Source of the DNA: Escherichia coli
GTDB taxonomy: Bacteria > Pseudomonadota > Gammaproteobacteria > Enterobacterales > Enterobacteriaceae
Strand: one strand, 5' to 3'
NCBI GenBank assembly: GCA_023061495.1
Contig: GCA_023061495.1_3643.1
DNA: 64,000 nucleotides
Position numbers and translations under genes: made by a program. Below, piece by piece: positions 28,168 through 36,771 of the stretch (the first letter of the stretch is position 1; each line of letters begins with the position of its first letter). The notes beneath the pieces are model-generated. The model saw only the letters and a program-made list of their open reading frames with translations. It ran no database searches and was not told the DNA's origin.

Positions 28168-29451
28168 TTATTCCAGCACCTCCCAAGTGTCTGGGTTAAC
28201 ATTTCGGACGCAGATACCGACAGGGAATTGGTAGTTGTTGTCTTCTGTCCTTGCTTGATATTTGAAGGTGACAAACTTGCCGATCATTTCCTGCATCCTG
28301 TCATAGCTACGCTCCTCGTGCGTACCTTTCATCTTCATTTTAACAACAATACCTTCCTTGTCAACACAGATAAGAACACCTTCATCATTCTTATCTTTCT
28401 CAACGTCAATAACTTTCACCTCAGCATCGTTGAACTTTTTCCATTTCAATGCTTCAGATGTTCGCTGACCGTATTCGTATTTACCACAGAAGTTACGCAT
28501 GATAGTACCTTCATACCCTTCGGACATGAATACACCGACAGATTCTTCGCAATGATCAACTGTGTACGCAAGCTCTGCGTCAACAACCTTGATATGGTCA
28601 AGCATCAGAGTGGTAATGGTATCTTCTACATCCATAAGATCCTTGCAGCGTCCAGATTCTGTTTCTGGATCCCACCACACCTTGTCACTAGGAATATCAA
28701 AAATGTGATACTCTAGATCGTAGCTACAGTACCCACCGTAACGCAAATCATCACGAACAGGCTCAACATCAACAGGAATATCTACCTTGTTGAAGTTTTT
28801 GTATGTTGATAAGCCTGCCTTAATTGCGGCATGACGTCGTTTTTTATCTGCCTCGTAGTCTTTATCGATCTCGGCCTGAATCTCTTCCTGTGTGCGCCAC
28901 CGTTTAGCAAGAGACACTATTTTCTGCAGAGGCAGACCATGAATATAGATCTCTCCGTCGAGCTGTTTAATCCCGGTGGTGAAGTGGAAAGAACGAAGTT
29001 GCTCCAGAAGCTTTCCTTGAATAGGGTAGGACTTATTACCACGGGAAATAAATTTAGGCTCACCATTTTGGAAAACAACAAGTAGACGAAGGCCATCTAA
29101 CTTACGCAAGATCCAGCAAGGTAATTTAAGTGCCTTTCCACGCTTCAGGTAGTCATGCACCAGCATGGGTAAAAGGTCAACACCCTGCTCGCAATCTTCC
29201 ATATTTTCAACATACCCCAGACGGACTTGTTTTTCCCACTTACTGATCGCTTCCAGCTCAGCCTGTTGCTCAGCTGTAGTTTCATTGGCACGACCCACAT
29301 TCTTAGGTGTGCAGATCGTCTCTTTGTATTGCAGTTTACCATCAAGCTTGCCAAACTCTACGATAACCTTATCACCATCCGTGAATACTTTCCACTGTTG
29401 GTAGCTGCCATCTTTGTTCAGTGCGTACAGTGTTGTTTTGATCTGATGCAT
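28168..29451 (-). CDS. ATP-dependent DNA ligase
   Basis: adenylation motif I KLDG (WILRKLDGLRLLVVF), ligase-like size. Confidence 0.8.
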   Translation of the reverse strand: MHQIKTTLYALNKDGSYQQWKVFTDGDKVIVEFGKLDGKLQYKETICTPKNVGRANETTAEQQAELEAISKWEKQVRLGYVENMEDCEQGVDLLPMLVHDYLKRGKALKLPCWILRKLDGLRLLVVFQNGEPKFISRGNKSYPIQGKLLEQLRSFHFTTGIKQLDGEIYIHGLPLQKIVSLAKRWRTQEEIQAEIDKDYEADKKRRHAAIKAGLSTYKNFNKVDIPVDVEPVRDDLRYGGYCSYDLEYHIFDIPSDKVWWDPETESGRCKDLMDVEDTITTLMLDHIKVVDAELAYTVDHCEESVGVFMSEGYEGTIMRNFCGKYEYGQRTSEALKWKKFNDAEVKVIDVEKDKNDEGVLICVDKEGIVVKMKMKGTHEERSYDRMQEMIGKFVTFKYQARTEDNNYQFPVGICVRNVNPDTWEVLE

Positions 29452-29720
29452 TACTCAGCCTCTTCCTTAAAAATTTTAAACATCTCTTCTTTGCTCATTA
29501 CCAACCAGTCTCCCATAAAGTCAACTAACCAATCCCCTTGGTACAAGACCAGGTTACCAAACGGCTCGACAAGCTCACACATGCGAAGAATATCTCTGGT
29601 TCGAACAGGTGACGATGTAAACACACCTGTATCAATCCACCGTTGCAGATCAGATACTGATGAAGAGCTTCCGTCAAACTGGTGTGCTTCTACAGGTTTA
29701 GCAAGATTAAATAACGGCAT
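29451..29720 (-). CDS. hypothetical protein
   Basis: 89-aa ORF, start/stop overlap. Confidence 0.45.
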   Translation of the reverse strand: MPLFNLAKPVEAHQFDGSSSSVSDLQRWIDTGVFTSSPVRTRDILRMCELVEPFGNLVLYQGDWLVDFMGDWLVMSKEEMFKIFKEEAE

Positions 29721-30015
29721 TGCAGTCCTCCTTCTCTAATAGGTCTTTTATCGGGTAAACAAGCAGGTGCGGATCGTAATAACTTATAGTCTTATTCTGC
29801 CACACTATGAACTTAATTACAACTAAATTTACCACATCTTTATCCCCATGTAGTCCAACACACAAATTTGTCCATATTTTGTGGTTGAATACTTTGCTGT
29901 CGATGTAGATCTTAGTGTCAAACTTATCCTCTATCCTACCTATAAGTTTAACCAATTCTTTCATCTGATCACCAAACACAGCATCGTTTTCAAGATCTCT
30001 GGAGTGCTTGTACAT
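29707..30015 (-). CDS. hypothetical protein
   Basis: 102-aa ORF. Confidence 0.45.
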   Translation of the reverse strand: MYKHSRDLENDAVFGDQMKELVKLIGRIEDKFDTKIYIDSKVFNHKIWTNLCVGLHGDKDVVNLVVIKFIVWQNKTISYYDPHLLVYPIKDLLEKEDCNAVI

Positions 30016-30079
30016 AACTTTCTACCTCACTTGCATACTTTCCGAAACAAGTAAAGCCGGGATCGCCCCGGCTATGTTA

Positions 30080-30793
30080 TTAAATATATTCTGTTACATC
30101 CTTGAAGCTTGAAGGCTTCATAATCTTACCTTTACTGTCGAGGAATATGATAACTTTATTTCCGTTGTAGAATTCTTCTTTAGCAACAAAACCTTCATAG
30201 CGACCATCAAAGCGTCGCTCAAGATCTTTAATCTCCAACTCGATGAGTTGTTCAGCAGGCATATCTGCACTGGCACCGTGTGAATACCGCAGATGGTTGA
30301 CGCGTGCAAACTTGCTGTCATTAGATTTTAGAACTTTCCGCATCATCCCGCACACATCACCGCGAAGCTGGAACAGCAAAGCTGTTGACAACTCTGCTAA
30401 GCGGTAAGCAGACGCTCTTTGCTTAGAGGTATTTTTAGCAGCGATCAGTGTATCATAAAATTCACCGATCTTAAACTTAAGACCTCGCGGATTATCAAAC
30501 AGGTTTGACCACTTTTCATGGTTATCGTTAACAAGATAGGCGGCATAACTTGTGACAACGTGAAGATCGCAGGCCTCTTTTAGGAGATGATCCCCACCAT
30601 CACCTTTCTCCAACTCTTCCAAAACTTCATTGAACTCTTCCTCAATGAAACTAAGTTGGAGTTCGAATGGTGTGTATGATTTTTTCACTTTAGCTGCTAC
30701 ACGGTTCCAATTTTCCACCCAGTTGGCAGACCAAAGGTAGTTTTCAGGTTGAGACAGTTTTTCCAGGTTGTCGATCAGTTTAGTATTCAGCAT
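30080..30793 (-). CDS. hypothetical protein (possible MazG-like all-alpha NTP pyrophosphohydrolase domain)
   Basis: acidic helix cluster IEEEFNEVLEELEKGDGGDHLLKEACDL reminiscent of MazG E-x2-E/D metal-binding helices; weak. Confidence 0.35.
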   Translation of the reverse strand: MLNTKLIDNLEKLSQPENYLWSANWVENWNRVAAKVKKSYTPFELQLSFIEEEFNEVLEELEKGDGGDHLLKEACDLHVVTSYAAYLVNDNHEKWSNLFDNPRGLKFKIGEFYDTLIAAKNTSKQRASAYRLAELSTALLFQLRGDVCGMMRKVLKSNDSKFARVNHLRYSHGASADMPAEQLIELEIKDLERRFDGRYEGFVAKEEFYNGNKVIIFLDSKGKIMKPSSFKDVTEYI

Positions 30794-30807
30794 TAGAAGG
30801 CCTCCGC

Positions 30808-31569
30808 TTACAGTTCCATAAAGTTTTCTACGATGTCAATAAATGTTTTATCAGAGAAAGCATCAACCGCCCCGTTAAACCAAACTGGGATGCCGCGATC
30901 CTCGTACTGGTAAATGTCACTACGTGAAATGCCATTCTCCCATAAATGCTGTGAGTCGTATTTGTTAACGATCAGTAGTTTAGTCCCATTATTACAGGCA
31001 GGGAATAGCTCCCAGTTAAAATTGATAACTGTGTTGGAACACCCTACAAGGATAACCATATCATTGCTCGTCAGAGAAGTCAACAGGTCATACATGTCTG
31101 TATATTTTGGAGCTACTTCTCCGAAGAACACTACATTAGGCTTGACCCAAGTATACTCGCTTGCATCTACCTCAGAGTATCCAATGTCTTTAATGACGTC
31201 ACTCCCTTCATCATCCTCATAGACTATTTCTGGCAAATATCCGTGGACATGTAAAATATCTTCATGTTTTACACCAGCACGCTCCAGCAAATCATCTACA
31301 TTGGTGGTCAGGTTGATCACACGACCAGACCAGCGGGAATACCACTCAGCGATCCGGAGATGTGCAAGGTTAGGCTCAACACTCCCCAAAGCTACACGAC
31401 GTGCATTGTAAAAGTCATGCACCTTATAGTAGTTCTTGGTAAAGGTGTGGATGTTACACACCTCATCGATGCTGAAATTCTCCCACATTGCAGTGCCACC
31501 AGATCGGAAAGTGGGGATACCAGATTCAGCGCTCAAACCAGCACCGGAGATAATGATCAGTCGTCGCAT
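30808..31569 (-). CDS. Sir2-family (sirtuin-like) NAD-binding protein, no obvious Zn ribbon
   Basis: Sir2 signature ISGAGLSAESGIPTFRSGG, later TTNVD and HVHG; no CxxC pairs where sirtuin Zn ribbon normally sits. Confidence 0.7.
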   Translation of the reverse strand: MRRLIIISGAGLSAESGIPTFRSGGTAMWENFSIDEVCNIHTFTKNYYKVHDFYNARRVALGSVEPNLAHLRIAEWYSRWSGRVINLTTNVDDLLERAGVKHEDILHVHGYLPEIVYEDDEGSDVIKDIGYSEVDASEYTWVKPNVVFFGEVAPKYTDMYDLLTSLTSNDMVILVGCSNTVINFNWELFPACNNGTKLLIVNKYDSQHLWENGISRSDIYQYEDRGIPVWFNGAVDAFSDKTFIDIVENFMEL

Positions 31570-31577
31570 AAGTGTCC

Positions 31578-31928
31578 TCAGTAGATGTTTTGTTTAATCT
31601 CTATTCCAAACTTTTTAAACGAGTCAGCAGCAAGCATGAATTTACGAGCCGCTGATGGGTTAGAAGTATGCACGAAAATCTTCACGTTGTCAACTACAGG
31701 AGGCTTACCAAATACAAATTTTTCCTCCAGCATGGATAGGCAATCGTACCCTTCAAATACCTCTCCGAGATCGTTGTCCATGTGCCACTCAGAAACGCGC
31801 CTGTAGAGCTTTCCCTTATCGTTAATAAAATCCATAAACTCGGAGGAATTCTTTAGCCAAAGAGCATCTGGGAGCCCATAATTTGACGGATCTCTCAAGT
31901 CATCCAGCCACACAATCAACTTCTTCAT
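31578..31928 (-). CDS. hypothetical protein
   Basis: 116-aa ORF between RNA ligase and Sir2 genes. Confidence 0.45.
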   Translation of the reverse strand: MKKLIVWLDDLRDPSNYGLPDALWLKNSSEFMDFINDKGKLYRRVSEWHMDNDLGEVFEGYDCLSMLEEKFVFGKPPVVDNVKIFVHTSNPSAARKFMLAADSFKKFGIEIKQNIY

Positions 31929-32860
31929 TGCATATAGTCCTCGTTGTAGAAATAGCAGTCAAGTATCTCACGGCGTTCCTGTTCCAGGAGGCAATTCCAC
32001 ACATCTTCTGTGTAGTTTCTACGAATGAAGTTTACCATGCCGTAAAACTCTTCGTCAACACGCTTAAAGATATCATCATCCCAAATCTTCCAAGCTCTCC
32101 CTCTCATCACGGCCTTCCGTGCCAGATAGTATGGAGACTTGATCTTCAGTTGCAGGTCATAAGGGTAGTAAGGTTTACGGATCATATACCCTTCGCCCCT
32201 TGTTTCTGCAGCCAACTCTTTTGCATGGCTGAACGGAATTTCACGCACAGTGTGAGGACGTTTTGCACCAAGGTATTTGGCAATCCAGTCTAAAGCTGCT
32301 TCTGGCAGCATTATTCCAGAATCATTGTATCGGCAACCGATCAAATAGGCACCATGATCTTCCTGAACAATATGCGGATCTGAAGGATGGCAAATTTCAA
32401 ACATAAATGTCATATTTTCATTTCCCATAACCTTCTTGATAAGATCTAAATTACCACATTGATCCTGGATGGTTTCCTTTGCGAGATTACAATATGGGGA
32501 ATCAAGAGATCCGGTTGTTGAGAATAATAGTTCACCTTTATGAGAGGATACCACGCCAAGGAATCCGTTCTTTTTCTCTACCGCCGTCACAAGCTTATTG
32601 TCAGGCAGGTTGGTGGAGTTTTCTCCCAAGTTAAACACTTTTGTGAAGGGCCATGCCACAACATTTCCTTCATTACCGACAACAATGCCACGGCACTCCA
32701 GTAGACGCGGAGACAAATGCCATAGATTGTTGTAGAATACTTTTCTGGCATATTTGTAGATCTTTAATCCAAGATCTGGATAATACCGACTGGTTACAAG
32801 ACCTTTATCCACTAAATCATCTGCATTAAAATACTTCATCATACATTCCTCGTTTGTCAT
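31925..32860 (-). CDS. RNA ligase-like nucleotidyltransferase
   Basis: covalent nucleotidyltransferase motifs: I KxNG (VEKKNGFLGV), IV EGYMI, V LQLKIK; distinct from the DNA ligase at 28168..29451. Confidence 0.6.
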   Translation of the reverse strand: MTNEECMMKYFNADDLVDKGLVTSRYYPDLGLKIYKYARKVFYNNLWHLSPRLLECRGIVVGNEGNVVAWPFTKVFNLGENSTNLPDNKLVTAVEKKNGFLGVVSSHKGELLFSTTGSLDSPYCNLAKETIQDQCGNLDLIKKVMGNENMTFMFEICHPSDPHIVQEDHGAYLIGCRYNDSGIMLPEAALDWIAKYLGAKRPHTVREIPFSHAKELAAETRGEGYMIRKPYYPYDLQLKIKSPYYLARKAVMRGRAWKIWDDDIFKRVDEEFYGMVNFIRRNYTEDVWNCLLEQERREILDCYFYNEDYMQ

Positions 32861-32903
32861 TTTGTCACTCTATCTTGCCACACAAATAAACCCGTGTCAA
32901 CAC

Positions 32904-32932
32904 TTGAAATGAACAAAATAGTTATGTATAGT
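32904..32932 (+). promoter_or_regulatory. sigma70-like promoter (TTGAAA-N17-TATAGT)
   Basis: -35 at 32904..32909, -10 at 32927..32932, followed by GGAGG RBS and ATG at 32966. Confidence 0.5.
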
Positions 32933-32965
32933 ATACTATCATTAAAATTAAAACGGAGGATTGCT

Positions 32966-33376
32966 ATGTCTAAAATGCTATATATCGTGCGTGGTCTACC
33001 AGGTTCTGGCAAATCAACACTGGCAAATGCACTATCTTTAGAAGGGCTGTATCCACATTTTGAGAACGACATGTTCTGGTACGACGACGATGGAAATTAC
33101 AACTGGGATGCAAGTAAAGTAACACTTGCAGCAAAATGGTGCAAAGATAACGTAGAAGATATGATGCATATGGGATACGACCGTATCGTGGTAAGCAACA
33201 CATTCACAAAAGAAAAACATGTGCAAGAGTATGTTGACATGGCTATCCGTCATGGGTATAGTTACACCGTAATCGTGGTTGAAAACAGGCACGGTAACAA
33301 AAGCATCCATAATGTTCCTGATAAGGTTGTGGATCGTATGGAGCGCGAGCTTAAAAACTGCATTAAACTTAAGTGA
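32966..33376 (+). CDS. polynucleotide 5'-kinase (P-loop, Pnk-like)
   Basis: N-terminal P-loop RGLPGSGKSTLA as in T4 Pnk kinase domain; start moved from ORF-track 32894 to RBS-supported ATG at 32966. Confidence 0.65.
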   Translation: MSKMLYIVRGLPGSGKSTLANALSLEGLYPHFENDMFWYDDDGNYNWDASKVTLAAKWCKDNVEDMMHMGYDRIVVSNTFTKEKHVQEYVDMAIRHGYSYTVIVVENRHGNKSIHNVPDKVVDRMERELKNCIKLK

Positions 33377-33383
33377 GGAATGC

Positions 33384-33938
33384 ATGAAATATTTTGTAAC
33401 AAGCGACACACACTTTCTCCACCAGCGGGTTATGGAGTTTGATTCATGTCAAAAGCACCGATCTCAGTATAATAGCAATCTTGACAGTATGAACGAAGGA
33501 ATCATCGCAGAGTGGAACTCTGTTGTATCACCGGAAGACACTGTGTTTCACTTGGGTGATATTGCATGCACTAAGGATAAGAATATCAACAACTTACTTC
33601 CAGATATTCTAAATATGTTGAACGGACATATTATTCTTGTTAGAGGAAACCATGACACAAGGACTACTGTAAGAATTATGAAAGAGTTCGGTCATGATGT
33701 TGTAGATTATTACGAGCTTAGACACAACAAAAATTTGATCTGCATGAGTCATTACCAATTCGCAACATGGAACCGCAAGCCCCACGGATCAGTTCAACTA
33801 TTCGGTCATGCTCACGGAACCACACAACAGTTGTTTGGCAGGCAGTTTGATGTAGGTTGGGATGTGTGGGGGAGACTGTTACCATTAGAAGAGGCATATA
33901 GCATTGCAATGTGTTTTGATATTGACAGCAGGGAGTAA
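33384..33938 (+). CDS. calcineurin-like metallophosphoesterase
   Basis: motifs SDTHF (D-x-H), HLGDIA (GD), RGNHD (GNHD/E); start at RBS-supported ATG 33384. Confidence 0.7.
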   Translation: MKYFVTSDTHFLHQRVMEFDSCQKHRSQYNSNLDSMNEGIIAEWNSVVSPEDTVFHLGDIACTKDKNINNLLPDILNMLNGHIILVRGNHDTRTTVRIMKEFGHDVVDYYELRHNKNLICMSHYQFATWNRKPHGSVQLFGHAHGTTQQLFGRQFDVGWDVWGRLLPLEEAYSIAMCFDIDSRE

Positions 33939-33985
33939 TCCCTGCTATTTTAAAGAAAATTGCCACACAAGGAGAATGAGGAGAT

Positions 33986-34336
33986 ATGAAAGAGGAGGAT
34001 AAGCTGCCATACCTTAAAGTCCCATTTGGAATACTGTCTATGTCAAAAGTTTTGAATGATACAACTGGAGAGGTTGTTGTTCTTGACTTGTATGACAAGA
34101 TCGTATACTGCTACCTGTACAACTGGTATAAGCTTGGAGGAAATTCACGCTTCACACCCAGCACAAGGAAAATTGCAGCAGATATTGGGATAAAGAAAAC
34201 AAAAGCAGCATCGTGCGTTAAAACTTTAGAATGTGCAGGTGTGGTTGAAACATCCACACAAGGGAGAGGTAAAAGATGCACATTTTCCAAAGTTTTGCCG
34301 CCAGAAGAAGTTATTCGAATGGCAACAACTGGTTAG
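33986..34336 (+). CDS. putative HTH DNA-binding protein
   Basis: helix-turn-helix-like segment TRKIAADIGIKKTKAASCVKTLE; directly upstream of palindrome cluster. Confidence 0.45.
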   Translation: MKEEDKLPYLKVPFGILSMSKVLNDTTGEVVVLDLYDKIVYCYLYNWYKLGGNSRFTPSTRKIAADIGIKKTKAASCVKTLECAGVVETSTQGRGKRCTFSKVLPPEEVIRMATTG

Positions 34337-34422
34337 ACCAGTAAAAACTTAAATATCTGTACTATAAAGGTTCGTATGTTTTATGTTCACTTTAGAGCTG
34401 AGATTATTAACTGCCCGTGAGA

Positions 34423-34571
34423 CGGACACTACTGTCCGCCACGCGGACACTAACTGTCCGCAATACGGACACATAAAGAATATAACTAAAATAACTAAAT
34501 AATAAAAATAAAAGATCTAGTACTTATGGTACTAAAGTACATATACTTAACTTATGTAGAATATACTAGAT
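34423..34571. promoter_or_regulatory. palindrome/iteron-rich regulatory region (operator- or origin-like)
   Basis: CGGACA-N4-TGTCCG (34423..34438), CGGACA-N5-TGTCCG (34444..34460), half-site CGGACAC (34466..34472); tandem ATAACTAAA x2 (34482..34499); inverted repeat ATCTAGTA/TACTAGAT (34515..34522 and 34564..34571) in AT-rich DNA. Confidence 0.45.
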
Positions 34572-34609
34572 CCTAAGTACCATGTTTTAAATTTATTACT
34601 TATTATGGG

Positions 34610-34945
34610 TAGTGTCGGCCCTTCATTGGCACTCGCCTACGGGGGGCGAGATGCCGGGCCTCCATAGTGCACACAATAACAGGAGTGCATACATGCAGGA
34701 CGGTTAACATGTGGGGGGAGCGAAGCGATAGCGCAGGCCAAAGGCCGAGCACTAATGTGGACCACCGACGAAAGCTTGCCAGCGCCGTAAGGAGTCGGTT
34801 GAGAGACTCCCGCGTGAGTTTGGTTAAAGTTTATGTGTGGAAACGGACAAGAAGGCTCCTAAATCTTCCCACAGCTGTGTAAACTCTACCAAGTAAGGCA
34901 ATCGCACCAGTTTGATAGAAAAGCTCGTTACAAGGCGATACAGTG
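34610..34945 (+). ncRNA. candidate structured non-coding RNA (GC-rich block A)
   Basis: about 330 nt, markedly more GC-rich than flanks; extended complementary segments (e.g. CGGCCC...GGCACTCGCC...GGCGAGATGCC...GGGCC); only ORF is Arg-rich and non-genic in character; ends at T-run 34939..34944; strand assumed. Confidence 0.3.
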
Positions 34946-34977
34946 AGTTTTTTCTATAACTTGAAGAGGAGGCAGTT

Positions 34978-35556
34978 ATGAGTTCACTCAAAGATGACCG
35001 CGAAAAGATTGCAAAACGTTATCAGAATGAAGAACAGATGGAGAAAACTTTCAAGTGGAAGCCAGGTTTCCAGCGTAATCATTCTAACGCTCGTGATCGT
35101 AAGCATCCGGATAAGTGGCTAACACCGCCAAATGATGGTATGCAGGTTGGTGATGAGAAGGAGCTATCACCTGGAAAAGATGGCAACTACATTCGCACTA
35201 AGGACGCTGGTCCAAAGGATGACAGCTATCTTGTAGATAAGGTTCTTGATGGTATTGATGTAGATGTTGACACCACACGGAACTTTTTTCTTGGGTGGTA
35301 TCGCACAGGTTTTTTCGACATCAAGGCCATTCGTCGTGTTTGTGATATTAAAAAGTCTGCATATGATGACGACTCGTTACATCGCACCCTGAGGCAATAT
35401 TCAGAAAGATATGGTCATCCGGTTATCACTCTTGACGATGTTCACGAAGTGATGTATCATGCAGAGGTTGTTGCAGGCAGATTTGGTGATGCATATCTTG
35501 ATATCCTTTCTGCAAACGATGAGGTAATGTTGAATAAGATTTACTACGAACGTTGA
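34978..35556 (+). CDS. hypothetical protein
   Basis: 192-aa ORF with GAGGAGG RBS. Confidence 0.5.
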   Translation: MSSLKDDREKIAKRYQNEEQMEKTFKWKPGFQRNHSNARDRKHPDKWLTPPNDGMQVGDEKELSPGKDGNYIRTKDAGPKDDSYLVDKVLDGIDVDVDTTRNFFLGWYRTGFFDIKAIRRVCDIKKSAYDDDSLHRTLRQYSERYGHPVITLDDVHEVMYHAEVVAGRFGDAYLDILSANDEVMLNKIYYER

Positions 35557-35566
35557 GGAGAGCTTA

Positions 35567-35755
35567 ATGAACAATCCAGTAGCAAAGAATTGTAATAAGT
35601 TCAACAAGTCTGCAATTCACACTGACAGGAAAAAGAACTGGTCACCGGACATTGACGAGGAGCTTGAGAATTACTTTGAAGATCTAGTTACCAATGCAGG
35701 TGAGGTTGCGATTAAAGAATATGCAGACAGGAGAGATAAGGCCGGAATCTGTTGA
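35567..35755 (+). CDS. hypothetical small protein
   Basis: 62-aa ORF. Confidence 0.4.
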   Translation: MNNPVAKNCNKFNKSAIHTDRKKNWSPDIDEELENYFEDLVTNAGEVAIKEYADRRDKAGIC

Positions 35756-35780
35756 CAAAAATAATGTTACCTGATAAGAT
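35752..35780 (+). promoter_or_regulatory. sigma70-like promoter (TTGACA-N17-TAAGAT)
   Basis: -35 at 35752..35757, -10 at 35775..35780; a second TG-n-TACAAT extended -10 lies 15 nt downstream. Confidence 0.5.
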
Positions 35781-35832
35781 CTGCAATATGATGTGATACA
35801 ATTTTTAACTTACGAGGTCTACAGGTAATGCT

Positions 35833-36075
35833 ATGTTTAAGGTTAAGCTCGTTTTTCGTTCCATGAATGAGGACTATTTAGAAGATGAAGGTGAATTTCG
35901 TGCACTGGATGATGCAATAGATTTTGCCAACGACTTAGCTTGTATGAATACGGGTTATGGGTTGTGTTGTTGGGATGGTGGTGTTCAGATTGGTGATAGC
36001 AAGATCTTCTACTTCTACCCTGAGCCCGATAACAAACAAATTAAGTATGTTTTATTTATTTGTGCTTTACAATGA
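35833..36075 (+). CDS. hypothetical small protein
   Basis: 80-aa ORF. Confidence 0.45.
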   Translation: MFKVKLVFRSMNEDYLEDEGEFRALDDAIDFANDLACMNTGYGLCCWDGGVQIGDSKIFYFYPEPDNKQIKYVLFICALQ

Positions 36076-36079
36076 GGTT

Positions 36080-36363
36080 GTTTTCGTGTATCATGATGAA
36101 TATCCAATTTAAAGATGAATTTGATGGCTTTATCTCCGGATGCTTTGAAACAGGGTTCGGAGAAGGCTGAGTTCCCCTTAGAGGGCTTGATAGTGCACCA
36201 CACTTAAAATGGTAGGGGCAGCCAGCACATGACGATGTGACCCCAGCCAACCTGTAACAAGGTCGAGCCAAAGCGCGGTAATGGGTCTCTGGTAACCCAC
36301 TTGTTGGGTCTTGTTGGTCCAGGACGCTGGGCAAGTCGCAGGGAATACTACCCTGCGGCGAAC
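36080..36363 (+). ncRNA. candidate structured non-coding RNA (GC-rich block B)
   Basis: about 280 nt GC-rich, hairpin-rich (GCAGGG-aatacta-CCCTGC, CACAT-gacg-ATGTG) with no convincing ORF; lies between a small gene and a consensus promoter; strand assumed. Confidence 0.3.
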
Positions 36364-36392
36364 TTGACAATCAGTATTTGCTGTGATAAAAT
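36364..36392 (+). promoter_or_regulatory. sigma70-like promoter (TTGACA-N17-TAAAAT)
   Basis: -35 at 36364..36369, -10 at 36387..36392; followed by GGAGGAAAC RBS and ATG 36421. Confidence 0.55.
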
Positions 36393-36420
36393 CCACCTAT
36401 CACGTGATAATGGAGGAAAC

Positions 36421-36762
36421 ATGGCGGATACAACTAAAAAGCGTCGCCGTAGAGGCAGACCTCTGAAAGAGGAGTCCAACGCCATTCAGCTAGAGAAGAA
36501 CATTCTTGACATGAAGGAATCTTTTATAGCGATGGTTCCAGAAGCTCATAAAGTTTTAAGAGAGCTGATGTTGGATCCGAAAACCAAACAAAATATTCGT
36601 CAAAGCATTGCAGAGTATGTTCTTGATAAGGCAGACCGAATGCAGGAAGAATATGATGAGATGTTTGGTGAAGAGGAAGAAGAGGTGGTAGTGGAAGAGG
36701 CTGAAAAACCAGCACCTTTTATGCCGTTTACCACAGAAATACAACCTGTTGGCAATAGCTAA
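36421..36762 (+). CDS. hypothetical protein with basic N-terminus (KKRRRRGRP) and acidic C-terminus
   Basis: start moved from ORF-track 36301 to RBS-supported ATG 36421; AT-hook-like RGRP. Confidence 0.5.
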   Translation: MADTTKKRRRRGRPLKEESNAIQLEKNILDMKESFIAMVPEAHKVLRELMLDPKTKQNIRQSIAEYVLDKADRMQEEYDEMFGEEEEEVVVEEAEKPAPFMPFTTEIQPVGNS

Positions 36763-36771
36763 AATATTTTC

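Noticed and set aside
28087-28716. 209-aa plus-strand ORF antisense to the DNA ligase gene
   Set aside because: Shadow ORF; the ligase frame carries the KxDG motif and fits the operon orientation
34667-34882. 71-aa plus-strand ORF inside GC-rich block A
   Set aside because: Arg/Ser-rich low-complexity translation with no RBS in a hairpin-dense region; treated as non-coding RNA or regulatory sequence
36056-36396. Minus-strand ORFs 36056..36370 and 36178..36396
   Set aside because: Antisense to the local transcription direction, Pro/Ser/Gly-rich composition typical of GC-rich non-coding DNA, overlap promoter 36364..36392
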